Notes under the pieces: generated by a model | The model's input: the letters and a program-made list of their open reading frames with translations, nothing else | Databases searched by the model: none | Told to the model about the DNA's origin: nothing | Shown here: piece by piece, positions 33,105 through 43,699 of the stretch | How positions within the stretch are numbered: the first letter of the stretch is position 1 | Layout: each line of letters starts with the position of its first letter | Program-made: the position numbers and the translations under genes | Assembly: GCA_963843635.1 (NCBI GenBank) | Contig: CAWJLF010000001.1 | Location: forward strand, 10,352-74,351 | Direction of reading: 5' to 3' | From: an uncultured Bacteroidales bacterium | Lineage (GTDB): Bacteria; Bacteroidota; Bacteroidia; Bacteroidales; VadinHA17 | DNA length: 64,000 nt

Positions 33105-34155
33105 ATGCAATAACGTTGTTTTTTTCAGTAATTTCACTTTGCCAGTTACTGGTTACCTCATTTAAGGGGTTATGCACAGGAAAGTAACATGGATCTGTAA
33201 GGCTTATGTTTTATAATGTGGAAAATCTTTTTGATACCTTATGATGATACCCTGACCAATGATGAAGATTTTCTTCCTGAAGGGTCGATGAGATGGACAT
33301 CAGGCACGGTACCGGAAAAAAATTGAAGTCGTTATATAAAACCATTGTGGCGGCAGGAGAGTGGAGACCTCCAGCGATTGTTGCGTTTTGTGAGGTTGAA
33401 AACAGGAAGGTTCTTGAAGATCTTATTACCGACACAACTCTGGAAAAATATGATTATCAGTATTGTTCATGAAGACTCACCTGACAGGAGAGGAATTGAT
33501 GTTTGTCTCTTATATACAACGATCGGGTTAAACTCATTGATTACAGATACCTGAATCCTGCATGGACTGCAGAGGACATATTTTAATACACGTACAATTC
33601 TGTATGCCAAAGTTGGAATTACATCGGTGATACACTTCATCTATTTTTAAATCATTGGCCATCCAGGAGGGGAGGAGTGCTTGCCGGAGGGATATGAGAT
33701 TGAGGATAGCTGAATATGATCAGGAACAAGGTCGATTCGCTTATTCGAAAGAAGCACTGGCGAAAATCAATCTTATAGGGTGATTTTAATTGCTAATCCG
33801 GGTGACAGGGAGATAGAATCACTGATTACTGGCAGATACAGATCAGGAACACTCATTGATAAACCTTTCAGAAGCGTTATCAGTGAATAGGCAAGGTACT
33901 TATAAGTACATGGGACATGGGAAATGATTGATCAGGTTTTTGTCTCTGAAGGTTTATTAACAGGGAAGAAGGGTTATTCTATTGATAAGGGATGTCAGAA
34001 TATTTAAGCCGGATTTTCTGCTTACGGATGACCCCAAATATTCCGGACTAAAGCCCTTTCCAACATACAGTGGATATCAGTACCATGGAGGATTCAGTGA
34101 TCATCTTCCTGTACTTCTGGATCTGAGGCCAGAGCAAGGGGGTCAACAGGAGTAA
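33105..34155 (+). CDS. Endonuclease/exonuclease/phosphatase family protein (multiple frameshifts; start approximate)
   Basis: Fragments read [53 protein letters not shown] and GGFSDHLPV. Confidence 0.8.
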
Positions 34156-35555
34156 GACCTAATTCTTTGCCTTTTTCGAGCATAAGTTTCATTGCAGCGT
34201 CATGGTCATTGGGTATTATCCCATCGAGTATTGCTTCCCTTATAGCATTCTTTATCATGCCGACCTCCTTCCCTGGTTTGATTCCAAAGACATTGATTAT
34301 CTCATTTCCATCAATGGGCGGCTGAAAATTTCTGATAGCATCTTTCTCTTCAATCTCCCTGAGTTTGTTCCTTACAAGTTTGAAGTTTTCAAGGTGCTGC
34401 TTCTTTTTAGCTTCATTCTTTGAAGTTATATCAGCTTCACACAGCAACATAAGATCATCAATGTCATCTCCGGCTTCAAAAAGCAGTCTCCTGACGGCTG
34501 AATCAGTCACCGTTTCCTGGGAAAGGACAATGGGGCGAAGATGAAGATCAACGATCTTCTGAACGTATTTCATCTTTTCATTGAGAGGGAGTTTCAGGTT
34601 GCTGAAAGATGTCAGGGATCATTTTTGAGCCTAAATATTCATGACCATGGAATGACCATCCTGAATCAGGAAAATAGCTTTTTGTAACAGGTTTGCCAAT
34701 ATCGTGGAGAAGAGCAGCCCATCTTAGCCAGAGATTGTCAGTGTTTTACTGATGTTATCAAGCACTTTCACTGGAATGCAGGAAATTATCCTTATGTGCC
34801 TTTCCCTCCTTAATCTCAACACCTTTCATGTTATCAAGCTCGGGAAGTATTATTTTAAGAAGACCGGCTCTTTCAAGCATTATGAATCCTTTGAAGGCTT
34901 TTCGCACATAATTATTTTATTCAGTTCGGCAATTATTCTTTCTGATGATACAATTTTTATTCTTTCTGCATTTACAGTAGATGGATCTGAATGTCCTGTC
35001 TTCGATTTTAAAATTTAGCTGTGTGGCAAACCTTATAGCTCTGATCATCCTGAGAGGATCATCCGAGAATGTCTTATCAGGCTCAAGGGGAGTTCTTATT
35101 ATTTTGTTTCTTAAGATCATTCAGTCCTCCAAAGGGATCAAGGAATTCGCCGAAAGTATCCCTGTTAATACTTATTGCGAGAGAATTAATAGTGAAATCC
35201 CTTCTATTCTGGTCATCCTCAAGTGTACCATTTTCCACAACAGGTTTCCTCGATTCCCTGTTATAAGACTCTTTTCTAGCTCCGACAAATTCAATTTCAT
35301 ATTCCCCATGTCTGAACATTGCAGTTCCGAAATTCTTGAATACATTTACTTTTACAGATGGACTTATCTTTTTTGCCACTTTCCGGGCGATGTCAATTCC
35401 ACTGCCAATTACCAGAATATCAATGTCTTTTTCGGGATGATCTCTTTTTAGAATGCAGTCTCTCACCCAACCACCTATAACATATGCCTTTACATTCTCT
35501 TCTGTAACTACATCTGAAAGGTGCTGAATATTTTGTCATTAAGACATATGTTCAT
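34094..35555 (-). CDS. cca: CCA-adding tRNA nucleotidyltransferase / poly(A) polymerase with HD domain (frameshifted)
   Basis: [57 protein letters not shown] and LLCEADIT motifs across fragments. Confidence 0.88.
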
Positions 35556-35642
35556 ATATAGATATGACAATTTGTTGATTAATTCATGACAAAGTTACAA
35601 TTTCTGATTAAATTTTTGTAAATTATGATATTATGTGTTAAA

Positions 35643-35657
35643 TGGCACAAAGGTTGT
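35643..35657 (+). promoter_or_regulatory. Possible sigma-54 promoter upstream of trxA
   Basis: TGGCACAAAGGTTGT: perfect -24 box, correct spacing, but -12 is TTGT rather than TTGC. Confidence 0.4.
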
Positions 35658-35708
35658 CATATCTCTAAACAAAGTGGAATTACGAATGTTTATAAAATAA
35701 AAAATCAA

Positions 35709-36068
35709 ATGGTAGAGCATTTAACTAAAGAAACGTTTTTGGATAAGGTATTCAATTACGAAAAGAATAAGGATTGGAAATTTGAAGGCACAAAGCCTTG
35801 TATAATAGATTTCTATGCTGATTGGTGTGCACCTTGTAAGATAGTGTCTCCAGTACTTGAGGATCTGGCAAAAGACTTCGAAGGGAAACTTGATGTTTTT
35901 AAGGTAAATACCGAGGAAGAGCAGGAATTAGCATCAGCTTTTGGAATAAGAAGTATTCCTTCTTTTTTGTTTGTCCCTGCGGAAGGCCAGCCACAGATGG
36001 CAATGGGTGCATTACCCAAGGAAACTTTCGTTAAAGCATTTAAAGATGTACTTGGTGTAGAGAAATAG
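35709..36068 (+). CDS. trxA: Thioredoxin
   Basis: IIDFYADWCAPCK and FGIRSIPS motifs. Start placed at MVEHLT (the ORF track extends upstream to 35625). Confidence 0.92.
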   Translation: MVEHLTKETFLDKVFNYEKNKDWKFEGTKPCIIDFYADWCAPCKIVSPVLEDLAKDFEGKLDVFKVNTEEEQELASAFGIRSIPSFLFVPAEGQPQMAMGALPKETFVKAFKDVLGVEK

Positions 36069-36095
36069 GCTATTCGTCAAAAAATGAGCCTATTT
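36063..36095 (+). terminator. Hairpin after trxA
   Basis: AAATAGGCT...AGCCTATTT inverted repeat. Confidence 0.5.
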
Positions 36096-36149
36096 ATATT
36101 AATTTTCTCAAAAAAATGCAACAATTTCTTTTCAAAGAGCGTTTAATAT

Positions 36150-36244
36150 TTCAGAAGCTGTAACTATAAGTTACAATGGTTTTTTTCATAAATTTAGGTT
36201 TAGGGTAGTAAAGTAAATCAGGGCTCCGGCCCTGATTTATTTTT
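36150..36244 (+). ncRNA. Candidate small RNA (ECF-type promoter, intrinsic terminator)
   Basis: TGCAAC-N17-CGTTT at 36117-36144; TGTAAC/GTTACA hairpin; GGTTTTTTTCATAAATTT tract; TAAATCAGGGC/GCCCTGATTTA terminator followed by T-run. Confidence 0.4.
36214..36244. terminator. Intrinsic terminator, probably bidirectional
   Basis: TAAATCAGGGC-TCCG-GCCCTGATTTA-TTTT directly after the xseB stop. Confidence 0.75.
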
Positions 36245-36440
36245 ATGCAAGGTCCTTAAAAATGCTGTTGATCTCCTCCTCGGTTGACTTCAGTTTTTTC
36301 TGACACTCTTTTATGAGTTCGGAAGCATGCCTGACTTCTGTAGATAGCTTATCAACATCAAGGTCTCCAGTTTCTATGTTGTGAAGTATCTCTTCGATCT
36401 TTTTCACTGCTTCATTAAATGAGAATTCCTTTTTAGCCAT
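36243..36440 (-). CDS. xseB: Exodeoxyribonuclease VII small subunit
   Basis: SFNEAVKKIEEI...LDVDKL...LIKECQKKL; adjacent to xseA. Confidence 0.93.
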   Translation of the reverse strand: MAKKEFSFNEAVKKIEEILHNIETGDLDVDKLSTEVRHASELIKECQKKLKSTEEEINSIFKDLA

Positions 36441-36495
36441 GTTCTTAGATATTAGGTATTGTATTTTGAACTTTGTAAATATTTTTTAGTCACCA

Positions 36496-37884
36496 TCAGT
36501 TCTTATCCTTATCCTTCCTTTTGCTTACTATACTCTCGATTTTCCCTTTGCTGAAGCGTGTTTCAATTATATCATCGCTTTTTACCTGGTCACTTCGTTT
36601 TAATATTTTCCCTCCCAGGGAAGTGATTGTGTAACCTCTGAGAAGCACATTTTCAGGTTTCAGGATATTGAGGGTATTCTCAAGTGATGACATTTTTGAT
36701 TTTTTTCTGTCAATGTCAGCAATTGTAATATTTTTCAGACTGTAACAATTCCTGTCGGTAATTGACTTTCTTTTCTCAATGAATGATCTGGCAGAATGAT
36801 TAAGCCTGGAGCCCTGGCTTGCAGGAGTAATCGATGCCTGGTAAAGGAAGTGTTTTCCAATGTTTATAATGTTTATTATTTTTTCTGACAACTTATCTCG
36901 TATCTGTGAGATCATTATTTTCGACATTGGGAGCAATCTCATGCCAGATGAATCCACAATATTCCTGTACTTATCAATGGTTAACTGCGCAAGATTCCTT
37001 ATTTCCGAACCAATCTCTGTAAGGTGGCTGTCAAACTGGATTATGCTATCGATGATATAGTCAGCAACTGCAGTAGGTGTTTTTAGTGCCAGACAGGCAA
37101 CCATGTCCGTTACCGAAAGATCTTTTTCATGGCCGATTCCGGTGACAACAGGCAAAGGAAATTGAGTAATATGGTAAGCTATATTATAATTGTCAAACCA
37201 GCTGAGGTCCGTTTGTGATCCTCCTCCCCTGATGATGACGACAACATCAAAATATGAATACTTTTCTGCTATTCTGTCGAGTGATTTGATGATACCATAC
37301 TCTGTTTCTTCTCCCTGCATTGCGCTTTCAAAAAGTGAGGTATAGAATACAAACCCATAACTGTTACCAGTAAGATGATTCATGAAATCTGAATAACCTG
37401 CAGCATTTCTGGAGGATATAATTGCAATTCTTTGGGGAACCAAGGGAACCCCAAGTTCTCTATTCATCGTAAAAACGCCATCCTGCTCCAGTTGTTTAAT
37501 GATAGCCTGCCGACGCATAGCCATATCTCCTATAGTGAAGGCAGGATCAATATCATTTATTATAAGGCTCAGCCCGTATATCTCATGATATTCCACTTTG
37601 ACCCTGATCAGGATCTTAAGTCCGGATCTCAGTGTCTGTCCGGTTACGTTTTCAAAAAAGGACTTCAGAAACCGGTACCTCTTGCTCCAGATGATCGCCC
37701 TGGCTCTTGACCTGATATTCTTTTCGTCAGCTTGTTTTTCAATGAGTTCAATATAACAGTGCCCTGCATAATTCTCATTTATCTCCGAAATCTCAGCAGT
37801 TACCCAATACATGTCAGGCAGAGACATATAGAGAGAATCTCTTATGATAAACTGTAATTCAGTTAGTGATAACCTGTCAGCCAT
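36496..37884 (-). CDS. xseA: Exodeoxyribonuclease VII large subunit
   Basis: OB-fold WVTAEISE...GHCY; IIRGGGS, TGIGHE and TPTAVA motifs; LLRGY near the C-terminus. Confidence 0.95.
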   Translation of the reverse strand: MADRLSLTELQFIIRDSLYMSLPDMYWVTAEISEINENYAGHCYIELIEKQADEKNIRSRARAIIWSKRYRFLKSFFENVTGQTLRSGLKILIRVKVEYHEIYGLSLIINDIDPAFTIGDMAMRRQAIIKQLEQDGVFTMNRELGVPLVPQRIAIISSRNAAGYSDFMNHLTGNSYGFVFYTSLFESAMQGEETEYGIIKSLDRIAEKYSYFDVVVIIRGGGSQTDLSWFDNYNIAYHITQFPLPVVTGIGHEKDLSVTDMVACLALKTPTAVADYIIDSIIQFDSHLTEIGSEIRNLAQLTIDKYRNIVDSSGMRLLPMSKIMISQIRDKLSEKIINIINIGKHFLYQASITPASQGSRLNHSARSFIEKRKSITDRNCYSLKNITIADIDRKKSKMSSLENTLNILKPENVLLRGYTITSLGGKILKRSDQVKSDDIIETRFSKGKIESIVSKRKDKDKN

Positions 37885-37886
37885 AA

Positions 37887-39545
37887 TTAATTTCTCAGTT
37901 TAATTGCCCTTTTAACCCAAACATTCTGTGGTGTTGAAATCCTAATCAGATATATACCCTGATCAAAATATTGAAATTCAGATATATGAATAACTCTTCC
38001 TGCATATTCGGGGTATGTTTTTCTGAATATTGTTTTTCCTGAAATTGTAATTACTTCTGCAGTAAATAGCCCAGGTGTTTCACGAAATATCAGTTTAATA
38101 TCTCCTGTAGACGGATTTGGGGCTATAATAAAGCCATCTTCAGGAGTTTTTGCATATATATTCTGCAATTGTGACAATGTGAGTAACATGTCAGGTATAC
38201 CATACCCGTAAAGTGAATCAGGTGAATTGAATCTGTCTGCTGATTTACGGAGTGCCTGTATAATATCATTCGCCGTGGCTTCCGGAACTGCCTGCATAAG
38301 GCAGGCAGACATCCCGCTGAGAATGGGACATGAAAAGGAGGTGCCGTTTAACCTGGTAACTGTATTCAACGATATTTGGACCGGAACATTCACTCCCATG
38401 GCCACATTATCTGGTTTAACACGACCATCACTAGTTGGTCCGGATGAGGAGAAAGAGGAAATTATATTATTGCCGTCCACTGCCCCTGCAGAAAGTACAC
38501 TGTCACCATCGGCCGGGAAAATAATGTATTTCCATATTTTATCTCTTTCATTGCCGGCACTGTTAACAACCAGGATATTTCGTGAAGCTGCAACTCCGGC
38601 AGCTTTTGTAATAAATGCCGTTCTTCCGTTCAGATCTGATGTTTTATAGTCAAGAGCAGGATCATCGAAAGTGAAATATCCAAGAGAACTTGATATAATG
38701 TCAGCCCCAAGACTGTCTGCCAGTTCAGCTCCGGCCGCCCAGTAGTCTTCTTCGCAAGGGAATTCTGAATCAACATCTTCAGTTTTGAGAAGGACATACT
38801 CAGCCCCCGGTGCTGTTCCCCCTAGCATCCCCGGTAAATCACCTGCCAGCACTGACAAGATAGCTGTGCCATGCTGGCTGGAGTTTAAAACATTATGATT
38901 GTTCTTCACAAAATCGTAAGTATATTTTATCCGACCTGAAGATCTCAGTCCATCCAGGGATGAAATAATATCAGTATTTGCAAAGCCACCATCGAGAACC
39001 GCAATGAGTATATTTCCCCCGTTATAACCCGATTCATGCAGGAGTGTGCCGTTCAGCATGGTAACAGGCCGATCATAGGAAGGGAAAGGCTCATCACCTG
39101 CAATAAATGTGAGTTTATCATTTTTCTGGCTCTTTGAAGAAGGAGATTTGACTGTTATGACATGGTCAACAAATGGTAATGCTTTTACAAAGTTAAGATC
39201 GGCCGGAGCCTGTGATTGGAAGAGGGCTGTGTTCATCCACTTTGAAGTACAATGTAGAGTAAGGCCTGATGATATTATCTGGTCCAGGTACTGACGGAAC
39301 ACAGGAAGATCATGAATGTCGAGGTTATTTATTCCTGCCTTATGCCTGCGCTCAATAGCTCTGGTGGAGAGTATGTCTTCAGGGAGGAAATTGCCCGGCG
39401 AATAATCTCCCTTATCATTAAAATAGACCCTGTAGAAGTAGTTAAATTGTATCTCCTGTCCATCCAATAAGTTATTGGCTGAAAGTATTACCATTGTAAT
39501 TACTACAGCCATCCCCTTTTTAAAGATTTGATTAGAAGGATCCAT
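37887..39545 (-). CDS. S8 subtilisin-like serine peptidase with T9SS type A C-terminal domain
   Basis: IAVLDGGF, HGTA, NSAGN and GTSFSCP catalytic motifs; C-terminal IAPNPS...GIYLIRI...KRAIK. Confidence 0.92.
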   Translation of the reverse strand: MDPSNQIFKKGMAVVITMVILSANNLLDGQEIQFNYFYRVYFNDKGDYSPGNFLPEDILSTRAIERRHKAGINNLDIHDLPVFRQYLDQIISSGLTLHCTSKWMNTALFQSQAPADLNFVKALPFVDHVITVKSPSSKSQKNDKLTFIAGDEPFPSYDRPVTMLNGTLLHESGYNGGNILIAVLDGGFANTDIISSLDGLRSSGRIKYTYDFVKNNHNVLNSSQHGTAILSVLAGDLPGMLGGTAPGAEYVLLKTEDVDSEFPCEEDYWAAGAELADSLGADIISSSLGYFTFDDPALDYKTSDLNGRTAFITKAAGVAASRNILVVNSAGNERDKIWKYIIFPADGDSVLSAGAVDGNNIISSFSSSGPTSDGRVKPDNVAMGVNVPVQISLNTVTRLNGTSFSCPILSGMSACLMQAVPEATANDIIQALRKSADRFNSPDSLYGYGIPDMLLTLSQLQNIYAKTPEDGFIIAPNPSTGDIKLIFRETPGLFTAEVITISGKTIFRKTYPEYAGRVIHISEFQYFDQGIYLIRISTPQNVWVKRAIKLRN

Positions 39546-40336
39546 TATTTGATTATTCCGGTTTTTTCAGGGTCCGGTATCTTGCCTTTATTCCTTTCCA
39601 GGGAGTCAATATAATTAGTTTCATCCAACTCCAATTGTTGGTCAGAAGGAAGCCCATTTACATAATTCAATTCATATTTAAGGGCCCCGTCATCTTTGTA
39701 TATCAGCCATTTACCCTCTTTTTGATCGTTAATATACTGACCTGTAATCTGAACCTTACCATCATCATACCAGGCCTCGAATTTTCCTTCAGCTTTTCCA
39801 TTCCGGTAAGAAGATATCTGGCAAACATTGCCATTGGGGTAATACTGTACCCACTCACCGTTTTTAAGATCATTTTTATAGGTTACCTTTTCGGCTACAG
39901 TACTGTCGGGGTAAAATTTTACTGACTGCCCATTCCTTTTATTTCCAGAGTAATATTCTTCACAAATAAGATAATCAGGTATTTCTGCTGAAAAGAATTG
40001 CCATTTTCCTTCTTTTTGCTCATTTACATACTTTCCAGTTGAGGACATTTTCCCGTTTGGATGGTAGATAGTAGCATTCGCCTCCTTGCCATCGTTATTG
40101 AATATAAGTACAGACTGAAGCTTCCCATCATCCGAGTATCTTCTGAACTCACCTATAGGATGGTTGTCCCTGAAGATTCCATCATACATTATCTCCTTAT
40201 TAGGATATTTCTTTATCCAGTGTCCCTGTTTTCTGCCCTGTTGGTCAGTCTGATTGATCAAAGTGTCGGATTGGGAAAACGCATTAACTGATACAGCTGT
40301 AAAAGATACAAGCAGAATAATTATCTTAAGTCTCAT
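39545..40336 (-). CDS. Exported MORN-variant repeat protein (YwqK-like)
   Basis: Signal peptide; repeated GxWxxYYxNG / KxGxY motifs; its stop overlaps the S8 start (TAATG). Confidence 0.82.
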   Translation of the reverse strand: MRLKIIILLVSFTAVSVNAFSQSDTLINQTDQQGRKQGHWIKKYPNKEIMYDGIFRDNHPIGEFRRYSDDGKLQSVLIFNNDGKEANATIYHPNGKMSSTGKYVNEQKEGKWQFFSAEIPDYLICEEYYSGNKRNGQSVKFYPDSTVAEKVTYKNDLKNGEWVQYYPNGNVCQISSYRNGKAEGKFEAWYDDGKVQITGQYINDQKEGKWLIYKDDGALKYELNYVNGLPSDQQLELDETNYIDSLERNKGKIPDPEKTGIIK

Positions 40337-40378
40337 ACTCAGGTAACGCTAAATTTTTTACAAAAGTATAAAAAAAAA

Positions 40379-40522
40379 GAGGCTATCTCAAAAGATGGAA
40401 TTCAATAACCGCTGAGTTCGCTAAGAATATACGCGAAGATCGCAAAGTGTTAAATGTCAAAATATTGCCTTTGTGTCCTTTGCGTCTGCTTTGCGGTTAA
40501 AAATATCTTTTGAGACAGCCTC
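40379..40522. mobile_element. MITE-like palindromic element, copy 2 (probably also the dnaK terminator)
   Basis: Terminal inverted repeats GAGGCTATCTCAAAAGAT / ATCTTTTGAGACAGCCTC (17/18), flanked by A and T runs; interior homologous to 11862-12017. Confidence 0.7.
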
Positions 40523-40546
40523 TTTTTTTGAGTTTATAATGAATTC

Positions 40547-42457
40547 TTATTTAACCTCTTCGAAGTCAACGTCCGTAACTTCTTCATTTCCCCCCTTCTT
40601 ATCATCATTTCCGGGTTCTTCCGGACCTGGTTGAGAGGTGGCCTGGTCAGTGTTCTGTGCTGTCTTGTACATCTCTTCTGATGCAACCTGCCATACAGAA
40701 TTTAATTCAGCAAGCGCCTTATCAATGGCATCAATATCCTGGGACTTATGTGCTTCCTTAAGATTATTTAATGCATTTTCTATTGCAGGTTTTTTGTCAG
40801 CCGGCAGTTTATCCCCGAATTCCTTTAGTTGTTTCTCAGTTGTAAAGATCATACTGTCAGCAGTATTTATCTTTTCAACTTTTTCTTTAGCTTTTTTGTC
40901 AGCTTCTTCATTTGCTTTGGCTTCATCACGCATTCTCTTAATTTCGTCATCACTTAATCCTGAAGATGCTTCAATCCTTATCCTTTGTTCTTTACCGGTA
41001 CCTCTGTCCTTAGCCGCTACATGAAGGATTCCATTTGCATCAATGTCAAATGTTACTTCAATCTGTGGGACTCCCCTGGGGGCTGGTGGTATGCCGTCAA
41101 GATGGAATCTGCCAATAGTCTTGTTTCCAGGTGCCATGGGTCTCTCTCCCTGCAAAACATGTATTTCAACTGAAGGCTGACTGTCAGCAGCTGTGGTAAA
41201 CACCTCTGTCTTTTTTGTAGGTATTGTGGTATTGGATTCGATAAGCCTGGTCATCACTCCTCCCATTGTTTCTATTCCGAGAGAAAGAGGAGTGACATCA
41301 AGAAGAAGTACATCCTTAACTTCACCAGTGAGTACACCTCCCTGAATTGCGGCACCAACTGCAACCACTTCATCTGGATTCACTCCTTTTGAAGGAGCTT
41401 TACCGAAGAATTTTTCAACAAGCTGCTGAATTGCAGGGATCCTTGTCGAGCCTCCAACCAATAATACCTCGTCAATATCTGATATAGATAGTCCCGAATC
41501 CTTTAAAGCTATTTTACATGGTTCAATACATGATTGTATCAGTTTATCGCATATCTTTTCAAAATTGGCCCTTGTAAGTGTCTTTACCATGTGTTTAGGA
41601 ATTCCGTCAACAGGCATAATGTATGGAAGATTGATCTCGGTTGTGGTGGAACTTGAGAGCTCTATCTTTGCTTTTTCTGCTGCTTCTTTAAGACGTTGCA
41701 GTGCCATTGGATCTTTTCTGAGGTCAATCCCTTCATCCTTAAGAAATTCTTCAGCCATCCAGTCGATAATGAGATGATCAAAGTCGTCCCCGCCAAGGTG
41801 AGTATCACCATTTGTAGATTTAACTTCGAATACGCCATCACCCAGTTCAAGTATAGATATATCAAATGTACCTCCTCCAAGGTCGAAAACAGCTATTTTA
41901 AGATCCTGTGATTTCTTGTCAAGTCCATATGCCAGGGAAGCAGCTGTTGGTTCATTAATTATCCTTTTGACATTTAATCCTGCGATTTCTCCGGCTTCCT
42001 TTGTAGCCTGTCTCTGTGAGTCACTGAAATAAGCAGGAACAGTAATAACAGCTTCAGTCACTTCCTGACCAAGATAATCTTCAGCAGTCTTTTTCATCTT
42101 TTGAAGAATCATGGCTGAAATTTCCTGTGGTGAATACATACGGTCGTCAATCTTAACCCTCGCCGTATTATTATCCCCTTTAACAACATTATATGTTACT
42201 CTTTTTATCTCCTTTGTGACTTTGTCATAAGGCTCACCCATGAATCTTTTGATTGAGTAAACTGTCTTCTTGGCATTGGTAATAGCCTGACGTTTTGCAG
42301 GATCACCAACCTTGCGTTCCCCGTTTTCAACAAAAGCAACAATCGAAGGGGTGGTTCTTTTACCTTCACTGTTAGGAATTACAACAGGTTCGTTGCCTTC
42401 CATAACTGCAACGCATGAATTTGTTGTTCCCAGATCGATTCCAATTATTTTTCCCAT
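40547..42457 (-). CDS. dnaK: Chaperone DnaK
   Basis: [23 protein letters not shown] and [11 protein letters not shown] motifs; C-terminal DVDFEEVK. Confidence 0.98.
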   Translation of the reverse strand: MGKIIGIDLGTTNSCVAVMEGNEPVVIPNSEGKRTTPSIVAFVENGERKVGDPAKRQAITNAKKTVYSIKRFMGEPYDKVTKEIKRVTYNVVKGDNNTARVKIDDRMYSPQEISAMILQKMKKTAEDYLGQEVTEAVITVPAYFSDSQRQATKEAGEIAGLNVKRIINEPTAASLAYGLDKKSQDLKIAVFDLGGGTFDISILELGDGVFEVKSTNGDTHLGGDDFDHLIIDWMAEEFLKDEGIDLRKDPMALQRLKEAAEKAKIELSSSTTTEINLPYIMPVDGIPKHMVKTLTRANFEKICDKLIQSCIEPCKIALKDSGLSISDIDEVLLVGGSTRIPAIQQLVEKFFGKAPSKGVNPDEVVAVGAAIQGGVLTGEVKDVLLLDVTPLSLGIETMGGVMTRLIESNTTIPTKKTEVFTTAADSQPSVEIHVLQGERPMAPGNKTIGRFHLDGIPPAPRGVPQIEVTFDIDANGILHVAAKDRGTGKEQRIRIEASSGLSDDEIKRMRDEAKANEEADKKAKEKVEKINTADSMIFTTEKQLKEFGDKLPADKKPAIENALNNLKEAHKSQDIDAIDKALAELNSVWQVASEEMYKTAQNTDQATSQPGPEEPGNDDKKGGNEEVTDVDFEEVK

Positions 42458-42499
42458 ATTATAATAATTTTTAATATTTCTTTTTTGTTACTAAGGATA

Positions 42500-42515
42500 A
42501 GCAATGATTATGCCA
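42500..42515 (-). promoter_or_regulatory. Sigma-54 (-24/-12) promoter of dnaK
   Basis: TGGCATAATCATTGCT (GG-N10-GC), ending 43 bp before the ATG. Confidence 0.65.
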
Positions 42516-42873
42516 TTAACCCAATTGATCCGTTTTATGTAAATATGGCACTTACAATTCAGTAGAATGACACCACTATCAATTGAAAATATATACCATA
42601 TTTATTCCTTCTTTTCCACCTGTAATGCATGAGTCTTTACGAAATAAAACTCATAAAGACAGGTAGTTAAGTAAGGTGATGTTTGGAATTTTTACAAAGC
42701 CGTATTGAGAGCTTTTGCAGCTTCTTTTTATCTCTATCAGAGGTGAGTATGCTTCTCTGACAAAACGACATGACAGAGAGGGAATACTGTCATATTAAAA
42801 AGATATTATTTTATGGCTACATCATCCGTTACAAATCTGTAACTTTGGCTGGTGTAATCAACAAGTAATTATC

Positions 42874-43689
42874 ATGTCGATACATAAGACTGTAAAGAGG
42901 GTAACTACCCATGTACTGAATGAGATGAAGCTAAAAGGTGAGAAGATTGCCATGCTCACAGCATATGACTATTCCATGGCCAAGATCATTGATGAAGCCG
43001 AGATTGATGTAATCCTGGTGGGTGATTCTGCCTCTAATGTGATGGCGGGTTTTGATACAACTTTGCCGATCACTCTTGACAACATGATTTACCATGCGGC
43101 ATCGGTTGTCAGGGCTGTTAAGAGAGCATTGGTCGTGGTGGATCTGCCATTCGGCACATACCAGGGAAATTCAAAAGAAGCCCTGGCATCCTCTATTAGA
43201 ATTATGAAAGAGACAGGAGCTCATGCAGTCAAACTTGAAGGGGGCTTACAGGTTGTTGAATCTGTAGAGAGAATATTGTCAGCAGGAATACCTGTGATGG
43301 GTCATTTGGGTCTGACACCCCAGGCAATTCATAAATTCGGAACATATGTTGTCAGGGCTAAGGAGGAAGAAGAGGCCCGCAAGCTAATGGAAGATGCAAG
43401 GCTCCTTGAACAGATTGGTTGTTTTGCAGTGGTTCTTGAAAAGATCCCGGCTCGTCTGGCTGAAGAGGTTACCAACACCATCAGGATCCCTGTTATTGGT
43501 ATTGGCGCCGGGGGAAAAACTGACGGACAGGTACTGGTGATCCATGATATGCTTGGAATTACACAGGAGTTCTCACCAAGGTTCCTTCGAAGATATCATA
43601 ACCTGTACTCGGAGATAAAAGGTGCTGTTCAGTCTTATATCTCTGATGTCAGATCGCAGGATTTCCCAAATGAAAAGGAGCAGTATTAA
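42874..43689 (+). CDS. panB: 3-methyl-2-oxobutanoate hydroxymethyltransferase
   Basis: [26 protein letters not shown] and IGIGAG..TDGQVLV motifs; TAACTTTG -7 box at 42840. Confidence 0.97.
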   Translation: MSIHKTVKRVTTHVLNEMKLKGEKIAMLTAYDYSMAKIIDEAEIDVILVGDSASNVMAGFDTTLPITLDNMIYHAASVVRAVKRALVVVDLPFGTYQGNSKEALASSIRIMKETGAHAVKLEGGLQVVESVERILSAGIPVMGHLGLTPQAIHKFGTYVVRAKEEEEARKLMEDARLLEQIGCFAVVLEKIPARLAEEVTNTIRIPVIGIGAGGKTDGQVLVIHDMLGITQEFSPRFLRRYHNLYSEIKGAVQSYISDVRSQDFPNEKEQY

Positions 43690-43699
43690 CTAAAAAGAA

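Noticed and set aside
35565-35600. TGACA activator sites upstream of trxA
   Set aside because: The best copy overlaps TAACTTTG on the minus strand, more simply the cca -7 promoter box
39545-40336. Toxin-antitoxin system (YwqK antitoxin label)
   Set aside because: Exported MORN-repeat protein with no adjacent toxin
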